Part shown: one piece after another, positions 25,230-39,646 of the stretch
Position numbering within the stretch: the first letter of the stretch is position 1
How the letters are laid out: every line of letters begins with the position of its first letter
Assembly (NCBI GenBank): GCA_021432655.1
Contig: MU271196.1
Coordinates: 62,001 to 126,000, forward strand
Length of the DNA: 64,000 nt
From: Atractiella rhizophila
Taxonomy: Eukaryota
Reading direction: 5' to 3'
Made by a program: the position numbers and the translations under genes
The notes under the pieces: model-generated
Told to the model about the DNA's origin: nothing
Databases searched by the model: none
The model's input: the letters and a program-made list of their open reading frames with translations, nothing else

Positions 25230-26667
25230 TTACTTGATGTGGCCTTTGGCCCAACTACTCCATCCACCGAGATCCGGTGATGTAATGTCAACTAAGTGAG
25301 AAGATAAACTTTAAAGCACGAAATGGAAACTGAATAGAATAGGCCGCTAGGAGCATACCACTCCTCTATCTATCTCGCCCAAGAGAGATCTATCGTGAGT
25401 AATATCGCAACCTCCACTTCTTTAAATGGAGAAAGATTAGGTGGAACTTGGTCTTCAAGCTCAGTGCGAGCCATACTATTCGAGGACGGCATGGCCATTC
25501 ACGCCATCGGTAAATGGAGACACATAATGGAATTGACGCAAGTGAATGGCTGACGCCGACAACCGAAACTGGTTCCGAGCGGGATCTATCAGGGAGCAGT
25601 CCGACAGAAACATATTCATATCTTACCACTCTTGTATAAATGTATCTGATCTAAGAACTGCCCACGATCGCCTTCTTTGCTCCCTCCTCCTCCGCCAGTT
25701 TCGGGGCAGTGTTGTATTTGTAACTGTTTCCCCCATCAGAATGGTGATTAGTATAATCTTTGGCATCAATATATGGTGTAGAAGAGAGTTGAAGAATGCA
25801 ATCTCAATCTTTCTTTAAGGACTTTGAAGACATAAACAGGACTGCTCAGGGAGGCACGCTTCGCCTGAATGATGGGTTGTCAAGTACTGAAGATGGAGGC
25901 TTGAACAAAACTTTCGCGGAGCCCGTCTTTCCTCTGTTTCTCAGCCTGCCAGTCCGCGCTCCCCGCGTTCCACTCCAATTACAGCACAACAAGGGCAAAA
26001 CAAGACTCACTTCAAAGCTCTTCCAAGCTGCACCAGACCCGTACTTCCAACGAAAAAGTTGACAGCTGCGAGAGAGTAGTTCACAGGGGTGATGACGAAG
26101 GAGTACCGAACCCAAATGAAACCTGTTGCCGTCAGAGCTGTCCATCCCATCCAACAGCAATTTGATATCAGCCCATTACTCATGGGCCTGAACAAAAGGA
26201 ATGAGAGAGAAGAGAAAGGGCCGGTGGCGAAAGACATGCAGGGATGGATTAGGATAGCAGGAGAAGGGAAGACAAACCGATGTTCTGGTTGATTGACAGC
26301 TTGTCTGCTGGTCGTGAAAGGTCTTTAAGGCCGGCTGCGACGAGGCACCTTCAGGCGACAAAAGAGGTGACAGAAAGCACAAAACATTATCAACCCCAAT
26401 CGTCTTAAAAGGAAAGAACGAACCATTTGAAAAGCGGAGCCCAGAAAAAGACAGTCCTACCCCAACCATCAATCTATCAGTTACCGCCACGTCTATCTCC
26501 AATAGAAATCCCAAGTAACAATAGTGCGACATACTTAGGTCCTATCCCACCGAAGCAAATAAGGTACGACTCAGCGGATCGGGAAAATGAAGTGACAGCC
26601 TACCAGCAGGATGATTCAGAAAAGACTGAAAACGAGAGCCAGCGGCGGAAGAGGCGGCAGAGGCCAT
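25230..26667 (-). CDS. MPC2: Mitochondrial pyruvate carrier subunit (MPC2/3 type); last exon uncertain
   Basis: Spliced product MASAASSAAGSRFQSFLNHPAG-PK-TVFFWAPLFKW-CLVAAGLKDLSRPADKLSINQNI-ALTATGFIWVRYSFVITPVNYSLAAVNFFVGSTGLVQLGRAL. 7-nt microexon at 26535-26541. Terminal exon is either 25230-25254 (NWAKGHIK*) or begins at 25945 (stop 25846). Confidence 0.92.
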
Positions 26668-27236
26668 TTTGTAGGTACTTTTTTGGGGAGAAAGAGGCTG
26701 ACAGAAGGCTGAAGGGGAAAGAGTTTGGTGGTCAAGTTGATCGGAGACCTCACCGAGTTCGGAGAGAAAGATGCAATCTCCACTATTTCGGTTGACTAAA
26801 CTTAGTTAGATTTACTTTGCTGCGGACATGCGACTGGGATCTAGTTTCTGCACGACACAAGTATTCGCACTTTGAAGCAGGTCCTTAGATATAGCCTCTT
26901 GGTAACTGCGGAGGCGTTGATACTTGGTGAGTTTTATTTATTTCTATGTTCAACTGAAACAAAGAAGTTGGGTCCTTGATCCTTCTTGTTGCATGCATGA
27001 AAGTCCGCGGCCGCGGGTTCTAACCTCCATCAATTGCTGGTCTTTCCATATTAATCCTGCGTTACTTAGGACAGAAAGATACACCTACTAGAATACAGAA
27101 AGATCTGCCAAAAGATTAGACTCACACCTTGTCCACCCCTTAAAGCTAGTCAGCTGTTTGTTCGCACCTTAAAACGTACGTTCTCTCTACCTGTCGCTAA
27201 AAGCTCTCCTGACTCTTGTCCCATCTAAGAGATATC

Positions 27237-29585
<2,349 letters not shown>

Positions 29586-30330
29586 ACATCTTAGAAAGTG
29601 TCTGAATTGCATTGTTTCGGCGTCATTTCGGAGCGACAACTCTTTCAGTCTTGAGACGTTGACTCGACTCCTTTTCCTCTTGGCCATCTATCATCATCAT
29701 GGACTTAAGATATAGACGCTTATGCACAATTGTTCGCATCGGTAACGCTGTTGGAGATGGGGTATTATTGTAGGTAGTGCCAGGGACGCAATCACTTGAC
29801 AATATCCAACATCTCATTCTTCTTGATTACCTGACCCCTACTCGCTACTTCCATCTGCCTTGTCTAAGTGTTCCAAAGCATTTGTTCCTTACTTTTGAGG
29901 TCTGAGCTTCGTTCCATTATGCCGGCGCAGTTCCAGGATACAGATTGCTGCGCGCAGACAGGAAACGTCGTGTCAACAACATATTAAACTAGCGTTCTAG
30001 ACGAATAAAGAAGGAATCTATGTAAGGAGGCTAAGGCAGCGATTGAGATTAGTGCGTTTTCTTCTGACAGCAAGTACGAAGGCATCCATGCCCCTGTTGT
30101 TGCTTGCTAGTGGTTCGTCGACAAGATCTCATGATCTTTTGTTGTGGAAAGCATGTCTTAACCACAATTTTTCCGTGGGCTCAGCAGCAGATTTGCAGAG
30201 AGGCATATATCGGCGCGAGAAGGCAGCTGTGTTTTCGGCGTTCTACCCTTAACTGATTCCTTGCACTGTATCTCAGTTCCCATTTGACTCGCATCAGCCC
30301 TCAATACCAGGCTTAAACCAACCTCACACG

Positions 30331-32266
30331 ATGTCCCAATCACAATCCTCACTTCTCGCAGGGAGAAAGCATGCTCTCAGTCCTACGCAACACTCGTTCT
30401 CCTCTGGCGACCCACCGTCAAAACAAATGAAGGTCTCCTCGGCTTCAGACCTTCAATCCTGTTCTCATCTTCAGTCCCTCTCTTCGCCTCAAGCTTCGTT
30501 AGTTCCTGGAGAAAATGTTGATGCGGGAACAAGGGGGAATAAAAGCCTGGAACGGTATAAATTAGAGCTAGAGGTACATTTAACTTGTGGTATGTGGCAC
30601 TTTTCCTCTGGCAATTTAACCGATACGTTTGATGACGCCTATTCTTGGACAGGACTATGCAATTGCTTGTTCTACACTCCAGTCGCACTCATACCTTGTA
30701 CACATGTATATTGCGGTTCGTCCCTCCCTCTCTTTACTCTGCCCTCGCCGACGTTTCAGCAGGAGCCTGTGCTGTTGGTTCCCGTCGATCCTTGAACCTT
30801 CAAACAGGAATGTTAACGTTTCTACCGGGAACAGAAAAACTGGCTCGCTTCTCACGAATCTTGTCCTCATCATGATTGCAAAAAGCGAGTCTATGGAACA
30901 ACTGACAGTCACTCAACCATGCAGATGCTGGATTTGTTACTTTCTTTCTACTCTTCATATCTTGGGAGGACAGATGAGGAGAAAAGGGAGATGGATGCTG
31001 TTTACCGACCCGGAACAAAGGTGCGTTTGCATTATGCTGCTTTCAGAGCAGGAACAGATAAGACCTGCATGGATAGATTCCTATTTCGACTGCAGCTGGA
31101 GCTGGAGAGGAGCACGATACGACATCTGATGATAAATCCACCTCAAGAAACGAGCACCTCAGCCGTCCCTCCGAATATCATCCCCCATGTCCCTGTTGCT
31201 ACAACCCTAACAACTTCGTCTACGTATGCCCCAAGCCCATCATCCCAAGCACCTATCTGTCGTACCTCTCTCGCTCTATCCTCCCAGGCCACAAAGTCTG
31301 TTCCTCTTGCAACAAACCTTTCCCAGTGCGACAGGCGGAAGGGCCTCCTGATGCTTATCGCAAAAACCTGGAGAGGATTGTCGAATACCGATGCATCGTT
31401 TGTAAACAGCAGTTTTGTCCGCCTTTCTTGGCCGATCAATGTGCAAGTGATAATAAGCTGAAAAGGATGAGAGGTAGGTTTCCCGTCCTTTCCTTTTGAC
31501 TTTGGTGAAATGGAATGGTGCCAGATCAAACCATCTTTTTGGATGGGCAGAAGGACATCAGTGAAGTATATAATGCAGGATTGGGGAAGTTCGAGCTACA
31601 AATGTTTGTCCATTTCCCTGCTTTTTGTTTTGTTGGGGAGTCTAAATTTTGGAACAGAATGAATGATATGATGACGGAGCATTACGATGGACCTGAAAAC
31701 GTGATAAGAGAGTACATGCAAGTACTTCCATGCTTCTATGTCCGTATCTGCTCTTTCTCCTTTACAACTCGAATCTCGGACCTGACGGATGGAATAGTAT
31801 CGGAAGGATGATACACAATACGATTTACGTCCTGAAACGACAGTGTGTGTTCGATGCCTACAAGAGGCACTACGAGAGGATGAGCACACTACGCTCCGGC
31901 AGTGGTGGTGCGCAATCCCCCCCCCTGCAGATTTAAATCACTGAGAGTTTGGCACTTTTAAGGAGGGATGAATACAATATGCTTGCCGAGGAGCAAAAGC
32001 TCCCACTAGAGATTGCGAAACGTGAAGCATGCTGGTGCGCTCTCCAACATCTTCCGTTCTTTCATAGTTTTTGAAAGGATAATGGAAATAGGTACGGTTT
32101 CGAGTGCAGCGAGCAACATGAGAGCATATCCCATGCTAAACGTTACCAACACCTGGGCAGTCCGATACCGGAAGAAAAGAGGAAAAAAGGGAATGAGGTT
32201 CCAAAGGAAGCTGTGCAGGATGGAACTGAAAGCAGGACAAATCAGGAAGATAACCCAAGCATCTGA
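30331..32266 (+). CDS. CHFR-like E3 ligase: RING + Cys-rich domain + C-terminal PBZ, no FHA seen
   Basis: Split RING LTC/GLC...IPCTHVYCG/AC; RTDEEKREMDAVY; CPCC, CSSC, CIVC motifs; C-terminal ACWYGFECSEQHESISHAKRYQH matches the PBZ C-x5-C...H-x5-H pattern. Confidence 0.8.
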
Positions 32267-32716
32267 AAGCTTCTTGTTAACGAGGTGGCCCTTACACGCA
32301 AACATTTTTGATGGACCGACTAATCATCGTTTTCTGGACGCCCATAATTTTTGTGCATTCAGAAAGGAAAGCTGCTCGAAATCTAACATGTGCCTGAGAC
32401 CCTTATATCTTGATTGTGAGCAATCGTTTGAGTTTCCGTGAGGTGTGAGGTGAGGGAGGAAGCTGCTTTGCAACAGTTTTTTCTTGTACTCATCAGGATG
32501 TATCGATGTATTGGGCATTGGACAACGCCCCAACGTCGCCAATTGGCAAATTCCAGTTATCGATGGCGGTCGGAGTCAACAACACATGAAGGGCAAGGCT
32601 GAAACGCTGCCGCAAGACGACCATCCCTCCTTCAGCTTCATCTTCCTCATTTCCTATTCCAACTCATACCGTCATTCTGATTCTTCATACATACGAGTGT
32701 ACATATCACTGGCATC

Positions 32717-35700
32717 ATGGCCGACTTATCCCTCCCCATCTCCACCCCGCCACGCATGACCCCCTCCCCTGTGCCCTCCGCGTCGTCCATCTCGTCCACC
32801 AACTCCAACGTCACGCGTTCGAGGGTGCTAGCCGCCAAAGCCGCGTTCGAGTCGGGGAACGTGAATGGGGCGAATGCGGACAAGAAGGAGAGCGAGCGGA
32901 GGAAGGATCTGTTGAAGTTGGAGGAGGGGAGGAGGGTGAGCATGAACAGAGAGGAGATCATGAGACTGGGAGAGAACGCGAACGCTGAGTATGTGCCCTT
33001 CTTGTCCTTGTTCTCATTCCATGGGGCTCCTACCTTTCTGGTGGTGCATGGAAGATTCTTTGCAACTCTCTTTGCGATTCACGACGAGATGAGGATTGAT
33101 ACTCAATGGTGTTGAACACAGGCGACTACAAAGACTATCGACCATCGACCTCCCCGCCTTCTCCTACACCTCACCCACCTCCCCCCTCTCTCCCTCCCGG
33201 CACGCGTCGCGTCGATCCTCCCTCTCATCCTCCCTCTCATTCGCGCCACCAGAATCTCCGCTGCTCTCCAAATCCCCAGTAGACCTAACAAGCGAGCCCG
33301 AAGAGATCCTCTCTCCTTCTCTCACCTCTCCTTCCCTCGCGACAGGCTCACTCACATCTAAGAACCTCGCCTCTGTAGCTGGTTTGCCTCCAAAGTCACC
33401 GCTGAGGGGATTGAGGGAGCAATCCCCTGCTACAGAACCAGCATCAACCTCAACACATACCAACACTAATGGAGCAGGACACCATCGTTCCCAAACCACA
33501 GAAACGATCATCGCACCACCAACCGGCATAGGAATTGGAGAGAGGGAGGGAGGGGGAGGATACAAGCACAAGAAGAAGGCTTCCGTGTCCGACCTCTCCT
33601 TCCCCTCCTCCGGCGCAAGCGGAGGAGGAGAGAAGACGCCGACGCTCCAGCCGTCGACGCCGGTGGCGACAGCACACAATCTCAAGGCGTCCCGTTCCTC
33701 CAAGGAGAAAGAGAGGTCCGACACGTCCTCCATCCCCATCCCTCCCATACCAGACGACCCACCCCTCCTGGGAACTGGATCCCGCACCCCTCGAACTTCT
33801 ACTTCCTCGATAGGCGGAGCGGCGGCGGTCCGCCCGCCCAAGTCGCCCAAGCGTTCTTTGACGGCGAGGAGTGGGGCATCGGCCTCGATCGCTTCGAAGG
33901 CGAGCTTGGAGAGGGAGAGGGAGAGGGAGATGCAGATGGAGAAGGATAGACATGATTTCACGCCGGGTGATGAGAGGGAATGGATGTCTAGAGTCGGCGG
34001 CCTCTTGGGTTTGAATGGGCTTAACCTTTCGTCGCCTCCTTCTGCGGAGGCGCAGAGGAGGAGCGTGTTGGCTAGAAGTGGGAGTGTTATGTCGAAAGGA
34101 GGTGGTGGGGGTGGAGGACACGGTGGGAGGGCGGAGGAGAGGGAGAGGGAGAGAGAGAATGAGGAGATTAGACTCTTGGCTGTTAGTGCAGCCATGACGG
34201 AGCTGAGTATGAGCGTGGGAGAGATACAGATCTTGATCTTTGAGATCCAAGTCCGTCTCCTTATCTCTGCCTTTCATTCTTAGTCAGGTTTGAACGATGG
34301 CTGTGTGAACAGGAAATGCGTCATGCCACATCGAATAAGGAAGATCTCGACTACGCCGACATCACTTCCATCTCTCCAATCCTAGCACCGACACCACACC
34401 GTACGCCTTCGAGGAAGAATCGACCTTCAACCGGTCCACAGGCTGAGGAGACGAATTCGGACGTCTCTGCTCTCCCAGGTTCCATCCCCGCCTCACCGTT
34501 GAAGCCGACCTCTTCCTCTGCCTCGTATCCCGGGATGGGTGGAGAAGAAACAGCAGGTTCGGGGAAGGGCACGGTAGACGATGCGCTCATGCGTCTAGAC
34601 GAGAGGTTAGATGCGGTCGCGCTGGAGTTTCAAGCGTTGGAGGAGCGAGTAAGCCCTTTGCTTGCGAGTGAAGGGGGAGGAGAGGAGAAGGAGTTTGTGA
34701 GGAAGAAGCGGGCTGCGTTGTTGAGGGAGTGGGAGAACGCGCAGAAGGATGCGGAGACTTTGACGGAGGAATTGAGGGAGGATAGGTGGTTGACTGTCTT
34801 TAGGACGGTGGGTCAACAGGCGGAGGAGATGATGGGTTCGTTGGAGAAGGTGGTGGAACAGTGTAGGGGGGTGAGGGTGAGGAACTTTAAGGGGAGCAAG
34901 AATATCTTTTTGGATAGGGATAAGCAGGAGGGTGGGGATTGGAAGAAGGAAGTGGAGGGATTTGTGGGTTTGAATAAGAACTTTAGGCTCAAGAAGAAGT
35001 TTTATACCCCTTCTTGCGATCGGGTGTTGAAGATTTTGGAGAAGGGGATTAAAGAGAGGAGTACGAGGAATGGAGAGGTGTTGAGGAGATTTGCGGATAT
35101 GAAGGCACGGTGGAAGGCTTTGGGAGAGAGGATGGAGAGGATTGAGCGCGACTTGGACACAGTGGAAGCGATGGCGGTGGAGGCGTGTAGGGTGAAAAAG
35201 GACAAGGTGGAGGGTCTCGATATGACGGTGAAGGAAAAGGAAGACAAGAAATCCAGCACCAGCTCACACACCCCGTCCGCCAAATCCTCCTCTCTCCTCT
35301 CTGCGCCAGGCACACCAGCAGGGAAACCCGGACCGCTGTCAAGGACAGTATCCCCCTTCCGTCGACTAGCAAACAAGCTTTCTTCCTCGTCCCGCTCACG
35401 CACTCCCCCCGTCCCCCCGTCTCCTACAACCGTACCGCAACGCTCCATCTCTCGTCAGTCTGAAACAGTCAAGATCCGTCGTCCCAGTTTTGGAACTGGC
35501 GCGGGGACAGGAACGACGAATCCGAGTCCGCTCAGTACGCCTGTGAGGAATGGGACGGCAACGATGAGGAAAATGCCTTCGTCGGGGGACTTAGCGGGTA
35601 TGCGGAGACGTCCTCCTTCCAGCCAAGCGACGCACAAGCATTCAAACTCCGTCACTGGAGTGGGTACAAGTTCAGGGAACCCATTGATCAGTCGACCTAG

Positions 35701-37230
35701 GAGCCCGGTTGGTGCTGGTGGGAGTGTATATACGCCGCCTAGTCTGGAAGGGAAGCCCAGGTGGAACATCTCCACTAAGCGAGATCCTAAGGCGTGGGAA
35801 GGGACAGGAACGACGAATCCAAGTCCGCTCAGCACGCCTGTGAGGAATGGGACGGCAACGATGAGAAAAATGCCTTCGTCGGGGGACTTGGCGGGTATGC
35901 GGAGGCGTCCTCCTTCCAGCCAAGCGACGCACAAGCATTCAAACTCCGTCACTGGAGTGAGTACTAGTTCAGGGAACCCCTTGATCAGTCGACCTAGGAG
36001 TCCGGTTGGTGCTGGTGGGAGTGTATATACGCCGCCTAGTCTGGAAGGGAAGCCCAGGTGGAACATCTCCACTAAGCGAGATCCTAAGGCGTGGGAGTAC
36101 GATTTTCAGGAGACACTGAGTACGAGAGAGAAGGGTCGACCGACGCTACCAACGTCATTTGGGAGTAGGAGTAGGACCGCAAGCCCAGCCCCTCCATCTG
36201 GGTTCAATGGACGAACTAGTCGGGCGGGTGCAACAACACCGTCGCTTGCGCCTCCGACACCGGGGAAGAGAGCTCCGAGCCCTGCTTTTTCGAATGTGTC
36301 TGCTGGAGGTACACAGATCAGGGCACGACCTCAGTCCCCGTCTCTTATCCCTGCACCGGCGAAGAATTCGCCTGGGCGAGACATGCTTCGAAGTTCGACA
36401 CCTTTCTCCTCCCTCGAAGATGACGAACCCACTTCCCTCCTTCAACGCGCCATGTCTCCCACTCCTTCCCAGTTCTCGAATTCAGTCATCTCTTCTGCCT
36501 ATCGCCCCTCGAGTCGATTGTCTAACGCAGCAGGAAGCAAAATACCTCAGCTTTCGTTCTCCCCTCCTTCTTCCTCAAACTTGGCTCGTGCACAGACGCC
36601 GGAATCAAGTATGCTCGCAAGAGCACAAAGGATCGCGCAGGTTTATCAGACTCCTGCCAATCGGTCATTGAACCCTGTGACATCGGATTACGAGAATGTG
36701 GGCAAGACACCCCCTGTTTCCTCACGGAAACAGTTAGCGAAGGCAATGTCGACTTCGTCAGCTGCTTCCTCCACTCTGTCCCACAATACCTCTCAAACAT
36801 CTCCCCCCGCTTCGAAACGCTCGTCGCCTCCTCTTTACGCTTCGCCATCACTCACTGCTCCTCCGTACGAGCCGAATCGGCATGATCCCCTAGATGTCGA
36901 GATTGCAAAGATTGTGAATAGCCAGACTCTGAGGATTAAAGTGGAAAGGGTGGACCCGAAGTTGAATAGGAATGTTGATGTCAATCTTACTGGCGGATTG
37001 ATGGCACGATACACATTTGGAGAGCCAGGCTCTCAACCTGGGAAGCCAGTGATGGTCAAGGTCGTGGAGAGGGGCAAAGGGGGATTGCGCAAGGTTATGG
37101 TTCGAGTTGGAGGGGTCAGTATTCCTGTCTTTTGCATCTGCCGGTTCATGGAGCTGATGTGACTTGAGAGTAGGGTTGGATGGATCTCGAACTGTACTTG
37201 CTATCACGCCAGGCTGCTTTCGCTTCTTAA
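32717..37230 (+). CDS. Kar9-domain protein with C-terminal GAS2/GAR microtubule-binding domain
   Basis: EIQILIFEIQEMRH, EELREDRWLTVFRTVGQQAEEMMGSLEK (Kar9-like); DPLDVEIAKIVN...VMVRVGGGWMDLELYL (GAR); SxIP motifs SLIP and SKIP. Confidence 0.8.
35504..36097 (+). repeat. In-frame tandem duplication, 2 x 297 nt (99 codons)
   Basis: 35504-35800 vs 35801-36097, 10 substitutions by my count, no indels. Confidence 0.97.
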
Positions 37231-37755
37231 CCCTAACCTCATTTACCATGCTCAGCGTCCAACCGCAGTAAAGTCATATCACCGAATTTAGTACCTTCTG
37301 GTTTACAGAGTTTATTGCATCGTTAGAATTCCTTGCGTTCACAGCTAAATCGTTTGTTGTCATTTGCTCACTCAAAGTTCAAGACGGTCGTTGTAAAAGT
37401 CCACATTCTAAATTTATTCACTGCTTCGGATCTCTCTCCTTCATCCTCCCTTTTCGCTTTACATTACTCCTTCTAGTTGCCTTTGAGTGTGCTTCTCTTG
37501 TGAACTTTTTTTGAGTGTTTCTTCGGCGTTGGCATCGGATTTTCTTTGGAAGTTGCAGGAAGCTGGCAGCGCATCGACGGCGTCCAGCGAGCCAGTATGT
37601 ACTTTACGACAAACAAAATTCATGGATTTCTCAACGCATTATACACTGCGACTGAACACTAATGTCAGGCTATTCGAGGCCCAAGTGAGGTATTTTTCAT
37701 TCTGCTCGTGTTCCAAAAGGAAAAGGAGTGCAAACAATTCGTCAAAATGGTACTG

Positions 37756-39472
37756 TCAAGAAGAACCCAGCTTTAGCTGCAATCTTGCGCTTCGCTGCTC
37801 CAAGACCTTCTCCAAACGCGCAGCAGCAGCAATCGCCTCCTCTAGTGCGTCCCTCTCGTCCGCTTGGGCTCCTGAGACCTGAAAAGAAAGAGAAAACTGA
37901 AGAAGTTTCGGAAGGTTGTCGTGATCGGACAAAAGATCGCATAAGGTAACCAAGAAGTTGAGAATACAGACTGTTGGGCTGTCGGCATGATTATAATATT
38001 CCAGAGGGTGGACAATATGTGAGAGACGGATGTCGAGGTGTTCCAATGATCCCTTACCTTTGAATGAAAACAGTTTAACCAGTTCCGGATAGATGAACCT
38101 CGCAGACAGAGGGGCACAATCGACGAAGTAAAAAGTCACTCGTTGGAAATTACCCCAAGATGTTGAAGTATAGAATGCGTGAATGATCTGTTGCTGATCT
38201 GGTTCGTAAACCGCATACGAAAAAGTGAGACCAATGTTCAAATGCACGGCTAGAGAAGATTGTGAGAGTGCTTCGATAAGTTGGTTGTACTTGGCTACCA
38301 TCTCTGCGTTTTCTATGGAGTAGGCCATCTCAACATATTCCAAGTTCGTGCAGCACAGAAGCATTCTTGCCACAAATTCAGGGTCAATCCCTCGGCTAGT
38401 GAAGCTGAATGACCGTAAGCGAAGAAGACTAGATTCGTCATGCTCTTCCCCAGCGCTCTCGAGTCTCAGATTATAAACATGAATCTTTTCCGCCTGCTCC
38501 TGCCGAAAAAGATACGGCGCCACTTCGTGATACGAGAACTGGGACCACTGAGAGGGTAGATCCAATGTAAACATTCGAAGGTGCGGGAGGAAGGGGAGAC
38601 TCGTCTTCGAGCTTGTCGGCGGATTGACAGTCCAGTCATTATCGACCGTAATCACGAGGTATTGGAGAGTGTCCTTCAAGACAGTAACGAACGCAACAAG
38701 TTCGTACCAAAGTCGTGGAGTAACCTTCACATTCAAAGATCGAAGAAAGCCAATCGACGTTCCAAACAGCACTTTGGACAACGTTGGGAGATGAACGTGT
38801 CCTGTGATGAGCAATGTTCGCAAACCTAGACAACTTGGCATATCGTTGAGAAACAATTGATCTTGAGGAAGGTTGATATAACCTGCGAGAACAAGCTTCT
38901 GCAAATTTTTCGAGTGATGAAGTTTAGGAAAATTGGCCAAAAACGCTGACAAGGAGCCGCAACCGTTGTAGCTCAAATACTCGAGTGCTGGTAAGGCTGG
39001 AAAAACGACAGGCGGCTCCTCTCCTATTGTAACGATCGAAAGGTCCACAATGTTTGTCGCAATGTTGAAGAAATGTTGTACAAAACCATTTGGCGCAAAA
39101 GCAGAATGTAAAGCCACGTTTGGAGAAGCTTCTGTCCAACTCGCGACTTTCACAAGCGCTGCCAAAGCAGGCTGTCTAGCTAGGAGCAATAAAAAATCAA
39201 GTGCTGGATAGTACTGAAAGCTTCGCAAACCACCCTTGGTGAGGACGAAAGTGTTGGGAAACTCGATATTGCGAAAGATATGATGCTGGGCAACGGAATA
39301 CCAACGCTAGCCAAAGTCATCCGTCCTTGTTCTGCGGATACATCAAACAACGCACCTTACATACAAGCATGAGATCTATGTAGGAGGCTTTGCTGGAAGA
39401 AGGTATATCATCGCCAAGCTTTTCAAACACGACATCAAGGATGTCTGTTGGAATATGCGACTCAAAGTGCAT
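37756..39472 (-). CDS. F-box-like / LRR-like protein, family B copy 1
   Basis: MHFESHIPTDILDVVFEKL...LMLVCK/RWYSVAQHHIFRNI (F-box-like), one intron, then a long Leu-rich exon; paralog at 46468-48203. Confidence 0.8.
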
Positions 39473-39646
39473 GTTGACTGGTTACTCGTATTTCGTGCAA
39501 AACGAAGGACCGCTTAACCCACAAATGTCTTGTTTGTGTCTTGTTTATGCGCAGTAAGTGAGATCGGATGGTGCAGAAAGTTTGAAGTTGTAAACCGCTG
39601 AATTTGAAATGTTGTCGAAATGCTTATCTGTTTTCTGCGGACATCG

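Noticed and set aside
25428..25816. RNase P or MRP RNA
   Set aside because: A GGAACUUGG resembles CR-I, but no matching CR-V or P4 partner was found.
25594..25847. Alternative 9-bp helix (25594-25602/25839-25847) suggesting a conformational switch
   Set aside because: About one isolated 9-bp match is expected by chance in a region this long.
26120..26310. Telomerase-RNA-like template (AUCCUAAUCC) and pseudoknot on the - strand
   Set aside because: The segment is an exon and intron of the MPC gene; the short matches are expected by chance.
33164..34277. Long antisense ORFs (343 and 275 aa), also 35455-36072 and 14201-14740
   Set aside because: Shadows of low-complexity, GC-rich coding sequence on the opposite strand; no recognisable motifs.
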